Shown piece by piece: positions 1-9,900 of a DNA stretch of 64,000 bases. The DNA lies in the IMG/VR virus record IMGVR_UViG_3300020183_000010. One strand, written 5' to 3'. The position numbers and the translations under genes are program-made. The notes below the pieces were generated by a model, which did no database searches, was not told where the DNA came from, and saw only the letters and a program-made list of their open reading frames with translations. Position 1 is the first letter of the stretch. Each line of letters opens with the position of its first letter. This stretch comes from a virus.

Positions 1-1529
1 GCGGCTGCATCTGCTTTATCGTCCTTAGCTCTAAGTCTATCAAATACGTTTTGCTCGTCAAGTTTTTTGAAAGAATAAGATTCTTCTATCACCGAGTAGA
101 AATCTTCGAATGATAAAACGGAAGATCCTTTTATTTCCTCTCTTTCTTGTATTTTTTGGTCAACGTCCATTTCTTCGAAATCGTCGAAGTAATAAGTATT
201 GTTATAACCTTCTATAATTATTGAAGTGACATCAACATCAGCATCAGTTAGAGCCATTATTGCATCGTACATAGGTTCACTAAGTTCGGAAGTTAGTGCC
301 TGCCCACTTTGTCCAGATAAATAACCCCAAACAATATTACTTACTGCTGCTGTTCCCTTTCCGTATACTTTATCTTGTCCACCGAATTTTGCTAAATAAG
401 TTTTAGCCGATGGGATAAGATCCATTAGTTTTTTCTGTAATTCTCCTACTTGTGTACATTTTTTATTCAATACAATAGGGAATGTACATTCTTTAACAGG
501 AGTAGGAGTAGGAGTAGGCTTAGGCTTAGGCTTATTTTCTTGCTTAACTACATCAACACATTTTCCTAGTGCTTTATCGTAAACTTGTCCAGGTCCACAC
601 ACTGGATCAGTAACAACCTCCTGCGCTGGTATTTTTAATAAAGATGCCTTAAGTCTTTCATATTCTTTTTTCTGACGAATAATCTCATTTATAAGATCAT
701 CTTGCTTTCTTTTATATTCTTTTGCTTTAAATTCACCTGTTGGTGTAACTATTTTACCTCCAAGAGCTCCAGCTCTGTCGATCATTTGTAAATCTTGAGA
801 TTTTTTATATAATGAATCTGCTATCTCTTTATATCTTTTTACGTCAGAGTTGTCTTTTAGTGTAGGAACATACTTATCTCTATCAACCATACCAACAAAA
901 GAATTAGCAGCATCTAAAGACTCTTTTGATTTATTAAAAGCTTGACCTCTAAATTCTGCATCAGTTGTGTCAGTTTCGTCTCCGGTTTTTCTTTTTTCTG
1001 ATAACCCCTCTTTTACAACCAATCCTTTTTTAACAACTTCACCAAAAAGTTTAGGGTTTGTTTTTTTCATCTGTGCTTCCCTATCTCTAAGGTCATTAGT
1101 AAAGTTTTCAAGAATTTTAGCTATTGTATCATTCTTTAAACTTTTAAACATTTTAGGATCTCCTAAAACTGCCTCGACGTCTCCGCTTAATATTGAGTTA
1201 ATCATTTTTATGTTTCCTTCGTAAGAAACCTTTTGAGCTGGATCAAGAACAGATAACGATTCAATAAACGAAAGAACATATTGTCTGAAAGCTCCAAAAT
1301 TGTCAGCGCTTAATATCTTATTTTTTATAGATTCAAAACCCCTTACCGTTTTAGCATCTTCCATTTTAGATGAAAGTAGTAAACTAAACATAGTATTTAG
1401 TGTGGTAACAACAGCAGTTATTGTGTCTATTGCTCTCTCTTTTCTGGATGATCTGTCCTCTTCGTTTAGAAGAGAATTTTTCATGCTTTCGAAAATGGGA
1501 TTAAATCCCCCGTAGATGTCTTTTTTCAT
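1..1529 (-). CDS. Large late/virion protein with a PG-binding-like motif; 3' end runs off the window (missing from the ORF track)
   Basis: Read by hand: ATG at 1529, MKKDIYGGFNPIFES..., open to position 3. Has a PK/PT linker, then VGELQKKL...DKVYGKGTAAV, resembling PG_binding_1. Late-type motifs at 1547-1554 and 1591-1598. Confidence 0.75.
   Translation of the reverse strand, partial: MKKDIYGGFNPIFESMKNSLLNEEDRSSRKERAIDTITAVVTTLNTMFSLLLSSKMEDAKTVRGFESIKNKILSADNFGAFRQYVLSFIESLSVLDPAQKVSYEGNIKMINSILSGDVEAVLGDPKMFKSLKNDTIAKILENFTNDLRDREAQMKKTNPKLFGEVVKKGLVVKEGLSEKRKTGDETDTTDAEFRGQAFNKSKESLDAANSFVGMVDRDKYVPTLKDNSDVKRYKEIADSLYKKSQDLQMIDRAGALGGKIVTPTGEFKAKEYKRKQDDLINEIIRQKKEYERLKASLLKIPAQEVVTDPVCGPGQVYDKALGKCVDVVKQENKPKPKPTPTPTPVKECTFPIVLNKKCTQVGELQKKLMDLIPSAKTYLAKFGGQDKVYGKGTAAVSNIVWGYLSGQSGQALTSELSEPMYDAIMALTDADVDVTSIIIEGYNNTYYFDDFEEMDVDQKIQEREEIKGSSVLSFEDFYSVIEESYSFKKLDEQNVFDRLRAKDDKADAA
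498..533 (-). repeat. 6-nt tandem repeats encoding a KPKPKPTPTPTP linker
   Basis: (aggagt)x3 followed by (aggctt)x3 on the + strand. Confidence 0.9.
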
Positions 1530-1536
1530 GTTATTA

Positions 1537-2331
1537 TTATTCATTATATATATTTGAATATGCTTTAGAGATTAACTCTATTATCTTTTCTATATATCCT
1601 TCGTTTCTTAATTTTTTAAATGCTAAGTTTTCGACTGAAAATTCGCCTTCTCTTTCTAATCCCTCTTTTCGCATCCTCATTATTTTTTTCTTTATTTCTA
1701 AAGCATGGTTGTAAATTTCAATCTCTGTAGCTGTTGAAAAATCAGATGATGCCATTATATTTTCCATTTTTAGTATATCGGATACTATTCCTTGGAATTT
1801 TAGATCTACGTCTTTATAATCTATCTCAGGCGGATTGTATTTAGGTACTCTTATCCATTCATTTTTTAATAAAGAGTATAGTCCGGATGCAGTATGAGGC
1901 TCATTGATATCCTGAACATATAGTTCTACATCATATCCTCTTATTTTTATTTTGTGTCTAAGATTCCATATAAATCTTACCCCATCAACAGCTTTTTTAA
2001 CAAGCGGAAAGTTTTCGTCTATTTCAGTAAAATCTATTAAGACGTGGACATCTAGATCTGATTTGTCAGTCCAATTATAATTAGCTAAAGAACCAGTTAA
2101 TTGGATATCACTTATTTCTGGTTCAAATCCTAGAGATGAATAGAAATCTTCTGCTAATTCTAGAAGTTTTTTTCTTAGTTCCGGATCAAATTCGTAATTC
2201 TCTGCTCCTGCGCTTTCTGGTAGATCATCACTAATTTTTTTCCAGAAGGATGTATTTAATTCTTTCTTGTAAAAATCGTCTCTTTCCTCTTTCTCTAAGA
2301 CCCAAGAGTAAAAATTTAAAATATTCTTCAA
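1537..2331 (-). CDS. Pol-beta superfamily nucleotidyltransferase
   Basis: LTGSLANYNWTDKSDLDVHV = GS...DxD motif; third acidic residue in YDVELY; TTG start. Confidence 0.8.
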   Translation of the reverse strand: MKNILNFYSWVLEKEERDDFYKKELNTSFWKKISDDLPESAGAENYEFDPELRKKLLELAEDFYSSLGFEPEISDIQLTGSLANYNWTDKSDLDVHVLIDFTEIDENFPLVKKAVDGVRFIWNLRHKIKIRGYDVELYVQDINEPHTASGLYSLLKNEWIRVPKYNPPEIDYKDVDLKFQGIVSDILKMENIMASSDFSTATEIEIYNHALEIKKKIMRMRKEGLEREGEFSVENLAFKKLRNEGYIEKIIELISKAYSNIYNE

Positions 2332-2351
2332 ATCTGGATATTACTTTAACG

Positions 2352-2359
2352 TATATATC
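2352..2359 (-). promoter_or_regulatory. Late-type promoter motif GATATATA (representative copy)
   Basis: Exact copies shortly upstream of starts at 2352, 3071(+), 10719, 24044, 32399, 36402, 38765, 50012, 54820, 56441 and 63836(+); analogous to T4 TATAAATA. Confidence 0.75.
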
Positions 2360-2374
2360 CAGATGTGATATCTA

Positions 2375-3070
2375 TTACGACGTCATTCTCTTAAAACAAT
2401 TCATAGTACAAACTACATCTTGCTCGCAATATGATTTTATTTCTTCAGATCTTCCTTCCCAATAAAATTCATGAACTTGAGAACCCTCCATATTATCCTT
2501 AGAAGTTGGTATACCTAAAACATGAGATATTAGATCTAGGGATGAAAAAGTTTGTCCCCAAGCTCCAAATGCAAATATTTCAGCAAGGTCCAAAAATGAT
2601 GTCTCCCATGGTTTTTTATTCCAGGTCTGTATTATAGGGTCTGGTGTTAATCCATTTATTATCATTCTTTTTCCTAGATACGGGACGTCAAAGTTTTTTA
2701 TATTTTGGCCTGCTAGTTTATAAGATTTAGATCTGGAATTTGCTAAAACTTTATTTGTTTTTTCTAATATATCTTTCTCGTCGTCTCCATAAAAGCTTGT
2801 TAGTCTTTCTAATCCCTCTGGAGTAAAAACTCCGAAAGTTACGCAGACTACTCTTCCAAACTCAGGATGTAAAGAAGACCTGTTGATCCATAAATCGCTG
2901 GGATCAGTTGATTCACCAGGTTCCACTTGCTTTTGAAGCCATTTACATCTTTTAATCCATAATTCTGCTAAATGTGGATCTTTGTTTTTTAGCTCGTCTA
3001 ATGTGGGGTGTAGTCCAGCTGTTTCAATATCGAAAAAGATGGATCCATCTAGTATTCCTTGGTGTAACAT
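2375..3070 (-). CDS. DEDD 3'-5' exonuclease (PolB-exo2-like)
   Basis: FFDIET (ExoI), GQNIKNFDVPYL (ExoII), YCEQDV (ExoIII); LHPEFGRVVC and KKPWE typical of this family. Confidence 0.85.
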   Translation of the reverse strand: MLHQGILDGSIFFDIETAGLHPTLDELKNKDPHLAELWIKRCKWLQKQVEPGESTDPSDLWINRSSLHPEFGRVVCVTFGVFTPEGLERLTSFYGDDEKDILEKTNKVLANSRSKSYKLAGQNIKNFDVPYLGKRMIINGLTPDPIIQTWNKKPWETSFLDLAEIFAFGAWGQTFSSLDLISHVLGIPTSKDNMEGSQVHEFYWEGRSEEIKSYCEQDVVCTMNCFKRMTS

Positions 3071-3084
3071 GATATATAGTTTAT

Positions 3085-3351
3085 ATGGAAAAATACGGTT
3101 ATAAAAACATAAGCTCTAGAAACGAGTTTGAAAAAGCTGCTAAGGGAGACGGTCGAGTAGATCATGGTCCTGTAGTGGGGGACGAGCTTACAACTTATGA
3201 TTTTGTAGATCTTAAGAAAAAAGGTGACTGGGGAATGCCAGGACAAACTAGATACTATGTTAAAACCATCGAGGATCTCATAAAAGCAAATGATAAAATG
3301 AGTAAATCTATTACTAATCAAAGAAAGCCTAAGGGTTATGTTGCTTGGTAA
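3085..3351 (+). CDS. Hypothetical late protein
   Basis: 88-aa ORF filling a gap; GATATATA motif at 3071-3078 just upstream. Confidence 0.65.
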   Translation: MEKYGYKNISSRNEFEKAAKGDGRVDHGPVVGDELTTYDFVDLKKKGDWGMPGQTRYYVKTIEDLIKANDKMSKSITNQRKPKGYVAW

Positions 3352-3383
3352 AAAGTAATACATATATCAAAAATAATAATATT

Positions 3384-4136
3384 CTATTTAGGTTCTGGTA
3401 AATTGTTATCGAAAGCAACGTCAATTATTAAATTGTAGGGATTAAGATCCTTGATAGTTATCGTTTCCTCTTGATTGGAAGGACAATAAAACATAATAGG
3501 ATTGGATCTTTCAGCCCAAGTAGAAGCAGCAAGAAAGAGACTTTCTTTATATGTTAAACCTCCTTGATTAGTTCTGTGTGATCCGGTTCGGAATATTATA
3601 GGAATCTTCTTTTCTATGTAAGTAACAGAAAGCAAATCCTTAACAGAGAAAAGACTAGGTTTTTCATCATTTATTATTGCTATTTGTTTTTGTATCCTCC
3701 ACGGAAGGGTATCAAAGAATTTGCAGAAATCATACATACTTTTTCTTCTATTCCCATTTGCTCCCCCTATGTGGCATATAAGGGGGATATCAAATCTTCC
3801 GGCGTCTATCTCCTCTATGAATTTACCTATTCTTATAATTTCATTTTTAGCATTTTTTCTTGATTCTGAATCGTTAGAAACTATATGATTTTTACTTTTT
3901 ATATAAAAAGCTATCCTTATATTTAAATCATCCAAATAATGAAAAAATCTTTCCTTTTCTGATTCTGTAACTTCAATTGAAAATTCTATATCTTTTTCCG
4001 ATAGTTCTACTATAAAAAGCTTATATCCAACGCTTAAATAACTTTTAATTCTGTCACATATAATTCTAGCTAAAGAATTTTCTCTTAAATTTCCCTCTGG
4101 AATTCTTATGACAAATCCGTTTCTTATTGTCTCCAT
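3384..4136 (-). CDS. UV-damage endonuclease (UvsE/UvdE)-like protein, probably catalytically degenerate
   Basis: HIGG, INDEKPSLFSVKDLL, IPIIF..., GGLTYKESLFLAASTW resemble UvsE; metal-ligand motifs are altered. Confidence 0.65.
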   Translation of the reverse strand: METIRNGFVIRIPEGNLRENSLARIICDRIKSYLSVGYKLFIVELSEKDIEFSIEVTESEKERFFHYLDDLNIRIAFYIKSKNHIVSNDSESRKNAKNEIIRIGKFIEEIDAGRFDIPLICHIGGANGNRRKSMYDFCKFFDTLPWRIQKQIAIINDEKPSLFSVKDLLSVTYIEKKIPIIFRTGSHRTNQGGLTYKESLFLAASTWAERSNPIMFYCPSNQEETITIKDLNPYNLIIDVAFDNNLPEPK

Positions 4137-4168
4137 ATTATTTTTATAGATAAAAATGAATAAGTTTC

Positions 4169-4960
4169 TTATAGGGGATCAAATTCCTCTAAGCCCATTT
4201 TAGGCCAAGATGATAGAAGACTTATAGGAGAAAGATTTGCAACTTTTACTCCTCTGCTCTCCAAATTATTTTTTAGAACAAAATACTCCTGGTCTATATT
4301 TTTTACGTGTTTAGAAAGCTTATGCGAACCTGTATTTGCAAAAAAATGGTCCTGAGTAAAGTCTACTCCAACCATTCCAATTTTAGTAGCACCCAATTGA
4401 TATGCTATTATAGCAGCCATGTATGGTGAGTTCATAGTGTAATCCACTACTGTAAGATTGTCTAGGTTAGGACTGTTTCTAGATCCTGTTTTTATTTTTG
4501 CTATATGTGAAGACCTTGTAATTGGACCAGGATCATCTAAATGTGTAAATATAACAGGACTCATTGATTCTCTAACATACTCCCATCTACCTCTCATGAA
4601 TGTTCTATAGTCATTTACAACTACTAAAAAATCAGGGGTTAATATTCTTTCTATATCATTAACTCCTATTACGTAGTATTTACTAAAATCATCGTATAGA
4701 TTAATAGATGATCCACATCCTGCTACTATAAAAGTAGATCCTCTAAATTTGTTTATGTAACTAGGATACAAAGAATTGCCAAGATATGATGATTTTATCT
4801 CTGTTTTTATCCTCTTATCATTTGTGTAATTAACCTCTTTTTTTTCCTCTTCTTCAAGGGTAACTTTAATATCGTTTTTTTCGTTTCCTTGAGGCTTTAT
4901 TGCGTTTATAAATCTTTCTCTGCTAACCCTTAACAAATTTCTTTTTCTTTCTATAGACAT
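4169..4960 (-). CDS. DUF115/MptE-like (Maf or sialyltransferase-like) glycosyltransferase fold
   Basis: FIVAGCGSSI, VIGVND, PDFLVVVND, AYQLGATKIGMVGVDF. Confidence 0.65.
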   Translation of the reverse strand: MSIERKRNLLRVSRERFINAIKPQGNEKNDIKVTLEEEEKKEVNYTNDKRIKTEIKSSYLGNSLYPSYINKFRGSTFIVAGCGSSINLYDDFSKYYVIGVNDIERILTPDFLVVVNDYRTFMRGRWEYVRESMSPVIFTHLDDPGPITRSSHIAKIKTGSRNSPNLDNLTVVDYTMNSPYMAAIIAYQLGATKIGMVGVDFTQDHFFANTGSHKLSKHVKNIDQEYFVLKNNLESRGVKVANLSPISLLSSWPKMGLEEFDPL

Positions 4961-5832
4961 TACAAAAATCGGTTTATGATTTCCCTTGCTTTTTCTATAT
5001 TTTCGTCTTTCGATTCTCCATAAGACTTATTACAAAGTGAAGGGAAATGTTGTATGACATGTTTTTTAGGTTCCAATTCATTTTTTAATTCTAAAAATAA
5101 AATTGAAAGGAGTGCTTTTAGATCCATGGGTTCTTCAGAAAGTTCTGGGTGATAACAGAAATAACAGAATGCCTCTGCTGCTTTTAAAATGTCTTTAAAA
5201 GCATTATTCATAGCAGATCTAGAGAAATGTATAATATTACCTTCTGGTGACGGTAAAACTGAATTAAATAGCAAATCCTCTTCTGGTAGATCCTCTGAAA
5301 ATTGGATCTTCCATCCCGTTCCCATTGGTCCCTCAACTGCTTCCCCGTCTAAATCTAGATATGGATGTTCTAATACCTTATTTTCCAAAGAACCCCATAT
5401 AACATTTCCCCCGTTATACTTAAGATTCTGTGCGTTCTTTTCTCTTGAGTCTATCCCCATTCCCATAACATTCTTTGAATTACCTCTATCTTCACAGAAC
5501 TCTATAGATCCTGGGATTAGCGTGTAATTTTTTTTATTTTTTAGAGATTGTATTTTTATTATATAAGATTTCCCATCAGTAGATTTGGATGTCTCTATTA
5601 TCTCACCTTCTATCTTTTTGGTTGATCCTTTAACTTTTCCCTTTACTATATCACCAACTTGAAAAACTGAATCTTTTACTAATAAACTAGGATCTGCATC
5701 TCTACCTACCGCAATAGAAAGATCTGAGTATGCCTTATAGTTAACCTTAAAAACACCATTGGAGCTATTAAAACCATCTCCGTTTAATGATTGTGCAAAC
5801 TGTTCGTTTATTAGTTTAATTCTTCTTTTCAT
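4960..5832 (-). CDS. Hypothetical protein (possible SH3/KOW-like domain; probably late)
   Basis: 290-aa ORF; FQVGDIVKGK segment; N-terminus MKRRIKLINE. Confidence 0.6.
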   Translation of the reverse strand: MKRRIKLINEQFAQSLNGDGFNSSNGVFKVNYKAYSDLSIAVGRDADPSLLVKDSVFQVGDIVKGKVKGSTKKIEGEIIETSKSTDGKSYIIKIQSLKNKKNYTLIPGSIEFCEDRGNSKNVMGMGIDSREKNAQNLKYNGGNVIWGSLENKVLEHPYLDLDGEAVEGPMGTGWKIQFSEDLPEEDLLFNSVLPSPEGNIIHFSRSAMNNAFKDILKAAEAFCYFCYHPELSEEPMDLKALLSILFLELKNELEPKKHVIQHFPSLCNKSYGESKDENIEKAREIINRFL

Positions 5833-6371
5833 TTTTGTTTCTTATATACTTCAATCAGATCTCTAAGTTTTGAAGCTAACTCATAATTCTCGTCGCTTAA
5901 AGCTTTTTCTAATTGTCTTTGAAGGTCGACGGTTTCGGGTTTTTCGTCTACTTCATCATCAGTTAAAACCGTTTCTCTTGAAACAACTACCATTGGTGAA
6001 AAATAAACCTCTAACATTGACTCAATTATAGGAATAAATGTGCTTTCTCCGTTTTCTATCTCTTCCCCATTCTCGTCAGTCTCTGGTATTTCCATTTCCC
6101 ATTCTCCGTTAACCCATATAACATTCCATGGACCATACATGAATTGTGAGATGTCATTTTCAACCACGTGATTTACTACATGGAGGACCTCTTCCTTTAT
6201 GTGGTCGTCGGTCATTTTTGTTTTTTTGTCGAGTTTTTTTATTCCTGGGATCTGAGTAGTTTCAGTCCCTATTGTCCTTCCCACTAACTTATAAAACTTA
6301 TGGATTAAAGGCCAATCGATAGTATCTATTACCCTATTTATTAGCACCTTGTTCTTTTCCGATATTACCAT
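5829..6371 (-). CDS. Protein with C-terminal UVR (UvrB/UvrC) coiled-coil motif
   Basis: LQRQLEKALSDENYELASKLRDLI. Confidence 0.75.
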   Translation of the reverse strand: MVISEKNKVLINRVIDTIDWPLIHKFYKLVGRTIGTETTQIPGIKKLDKKTKMTDDHIKEEVLHVVNHVVENDISQFMYGPWNVIWVNGEWEMEIPETDENGEEIENGESTFIPIIESMLEVYFSPMVVVSRETVLTDDEVDEKPETVDLQRQLEKALSDENYELASKLRDLIEVYKKQK

Positions 6372-6425
6372 TTGTCCTTTATTATTTTTAGAGTGTTTCT
6401 TTATAAATGTTCCATCGATATATTA

Positions 6426-6926
6426 TCACAATCTATTTATGGAATCTGCTATGGACTTTACTCCTTTTATTTCTTGGTAATAGTCAAGGTTTTTTCTACC
6501 GTATGAGTTTTTAATCTCCTCGTGCAAAAATCTTTTTTCGACCATTATTTGTATAATAATAGATAGGCTAGATCGTCCATCTGAAGGGGCCTTTGCTTTC
6601 GATTCCTGAGAAATTTCTTCGCTGGCTTTTCCTTTTAGTTCTGATATTATTTTTTCTGTTATCCCACCTTTAGTAATGGAATCATTATAATTTAGATACT
6701 CTTTATTTTTATCATCTATATTTTGTCTTAGAACATCTATTTTTTTTTTGTCATTCTCGTTATCACTATTTTTTAAAGAATTTATTTCTCTGTTTATCGA
6801 GTTAATAGATTCGGTAATACCCCTAAATTCTTTAACTTTGGAATTTATTGATTTTTCTATCAGTGAAAGCTGTATAAGATCGCTTGATATGTTTGCGTAA
6901 CTGTGTATTTTTCTAGACTCTGCCAT
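6426..6926 (-). CDS. Hypothetical coiled-coil protein
   Basis: 166-aa ORF in the operon. Confidence 0.6.
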   Translation of the reverse strand: MAESRKIHSYANISSDLIQLSLIEKSINSKVKEFRGITESINSINREINSLKNSDNENDKKKIDVLRQNIDDKNKEYLNYNDSITKGGITEKIISELKGKASEEISQESKAKAPSDGRSSLSIIIQIMVEKRFLHEEIKNSYGRKNLDYYQEIKGVKSIADSINRL

Positions 6927-6940
6927 TTTTTAATTTATTT

Positions 6941-9900
6941 CTATTGTAAAGGATCTACTATTTGTATTGAAGGAGCTGAATCAACAAACATGAGTTTTAA
7001 ATTACCATTCTCGTCTCCTATTATAGTACAGGTGTAAGGTTTATAAACGTGAGTTGGATAAGGACTTAAATTAACGAAATCTACTCCTAAAACTGGATAT
7101 TGTGAAGTGTTGTACTGAAAATCTGGTCCTATGGTATTTCCTGAAAAGTCTACTGATAGATTATTGTTATTAAACCCGGTGTCTATTACGTTCCCTGAAG
7201 CGTGATCAGAAAATTTGTTATCGTAAGCCCCATCAGCTATTGTATTTCCACCAAAGAAAAAATCACCAAAGAAATTTCCACATTTATTGTGATTAAAATT
7301 AACTCCTATTTCATTAAACCAAGATAGATCTCCTATAGTATTAGAGGATGAGTTATCTCCTACAATATTTACGTTAAAGAAAAATCCTATGTTGTTAGAC
7401 GAAAAATATGAACTTAAAACGTTGTATTGAAAAAGGTCTCCAATCCTGTTATAATTAAATCCATCAGCTATTATATTATTATTAAAAGCCCATCCTATAG
7501 CATTGTTGTAGTATCCCCCTCCTGACGTATCCACTGTAGTATTATATGTAAAACTGTCACCTATATAATTTTCTACAAAATTACTTCTTATTATGTTACC
7601 ACCCTCCGCTAATGAAGGCGTCTCCGCATCTATACCAAAGTAGTTACCTATAACATTTCCTCTAAAGTCATCTAAAATAATATTAGATATTCCATCAGCT
7701 CCAGTATTACCGAAATAGTTGCCTATCTTATTATTATTAAAATTTAATCCTATTTGATTATTTATGAAATAATCTCCTATTACATTATTTAAAAAATTAG
7801 ATTCTTTCGCAGGTAATGTGTCTATATAATCGAAAATCGCATCAACACCGTTTCCGTTATCTAGTGTGTCTCCAAAAGTAAATGATCCTATTAATACATT
7901 TACTGTCATGGAAGAAGAACCAGGATCATCAACAAGAACCTCACAGGTATCTCCTAGCCCATTATCTAAGACGTCTCCTGGGTTGAATGAATTTATAGTG
8001 GAAATATCAAAGGTAGCATCGTTTCCTCCCCCCGATATGATTATACTATCACCGACACTGTAATAAGTACCAGGGGTATTAATTGATATTGACGTTATTA
8101 AACCAAATCCATCAGTAACAATATCAACAGTTAATCCAGATCCAGATCCGCCTACAGTAGCAACATTGGTAGTGTCTGAATAACCGCTTCCTCCGTTAGT
8201 TAAAGATATTCCAGATGGTATCCCTCTCAACGTATTATAATATATAGTATTTTCTACACCTATATTGTTACCCCCTTTACTTTTACCAAGATCGCAACCA
8301 AAGAAATCTCCTATTTTGTTATTTTTAAATGAACCTCCTATTATATTAGGAATAGACCCGTTCCCAAAGAAATTACCTATATCGTTGCTCTGAAAGTATG
8401 GACCTAATATATTTAATTTAAAATCATTTTTTATGTAATTGCTGGCGAATCCTACATCTATGATATTTTTATCCATTCCATTTCCTATAGAGTTGCTCCA
8501 GAAATTATTGATAATTGTGTTGGAATAAAATTCATCACCAATTACATTACCTAATAAAATTTTACCATCTGCCCCAAAGTTATCTCCTATTACATTACTA
8601 TCGAAATTATTACCTATTTTGTTATAGCCAAAATTTTGTCCATGATTTCCTGTTGTGTATATGGAATTCCATTCAGTATTTGCTGGACTAGTTGAGCTCC
8701 ACGATCCTTCAACAGCAGAATTATAAATTCCGCCGCTGTTATCTCTAGATATTTCTAATATCCCTGGTATTATTATATCGACCTCGTTTCCGTAGTTTGT
8801 TCTTGTGAAATAGATATCTGGTCCTATATCATTACCTGCTGAATCTATTTCAGTTCTTCTATACGAAAATGCTCCACCTCCAGTTCCCGCAGGGGTCCAT
8901 TGTAAAAAAGTTATTCTAAAGAACATTTCAGGACTCCCCTGGAATCTCATAATAAGAGGCATTTCTAATATTAAAGATTCCGATGATATGGAGTTATACA
9001 TCGTATCATAAGATCTATCCAATAAGGTAGATAAATCATTAAAAGAAAAATATTGGTAATTATATGGTTGGTTGGCATTAAATCCAGAGCCTATTTGATT
9101 ATTAAAGAAATTATTAGCAGTAATGTTACCAGAAAAATCTGTTCCTATATTATTATAATAAAAATTATCATAAGTGTAATTTTTTGAAAAATGACCTGAT
9201 ATATCGTTTCCGTAAAAATTGTAACTTATTATATTATATGAAAAACTGTACCCTATCGTGTTTTGGTAAAAATCTCCATTAATTAAGCATCCTACAAAGT
9301 TGTTAGCTATTTGATTCTCGTAAAAATCCCTTCTTATTATGGTTTTCTGTAGGGAATTATTTATAGTATTATTAAAAAAACTGAAGCTATTATCTATATT
9401 AGAATAATCGCCTATAAAATTACCTTTAAAATAATCTCCTATAGCATTTTGGTAAAAATTCATATAGATGGTATTGCTATTAAAAGAATTTTCTATTCTA
9501 TTATCAGAGAAAGAATTTCCGTTTTCCGATAGTAATGAATTACTATCAAATCCATTACCTATATTATTATTCTGTAAATTCGTGTTTATGATATTTCTAG
9601 TAAAATAATCCCCTATAAAGTTTTCGTCCATGTCATTAGACGATGCGTTTTCGTAGCAAAAATTCCCGAATGTATTGTTTGAATTATCTGTTCCGAATGT
9701 ATTATTATAGCAAAAATTCCCTAGTTTATTGTTTTGATATTCACCCTCTAAAAATACATTATTAGACAACATAAACGTAAATCCTTGGTTGGAGTAATCG
9801 TTTACATAATCTCCTACATAGTTGTTTACTGCATAGTTTGATAATAGAGCATCCCCGAATGTGGTATATTCTTGGTAGTCGTCAGTTTTAACGTTAGTCC

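Noticed and set aside
967-1515. Short plus-strand ORFs here and similar antisense ORFs throughout the track
   Set aside because: They lie opposite well-supported minus-strand genes and have shadow-like composition.
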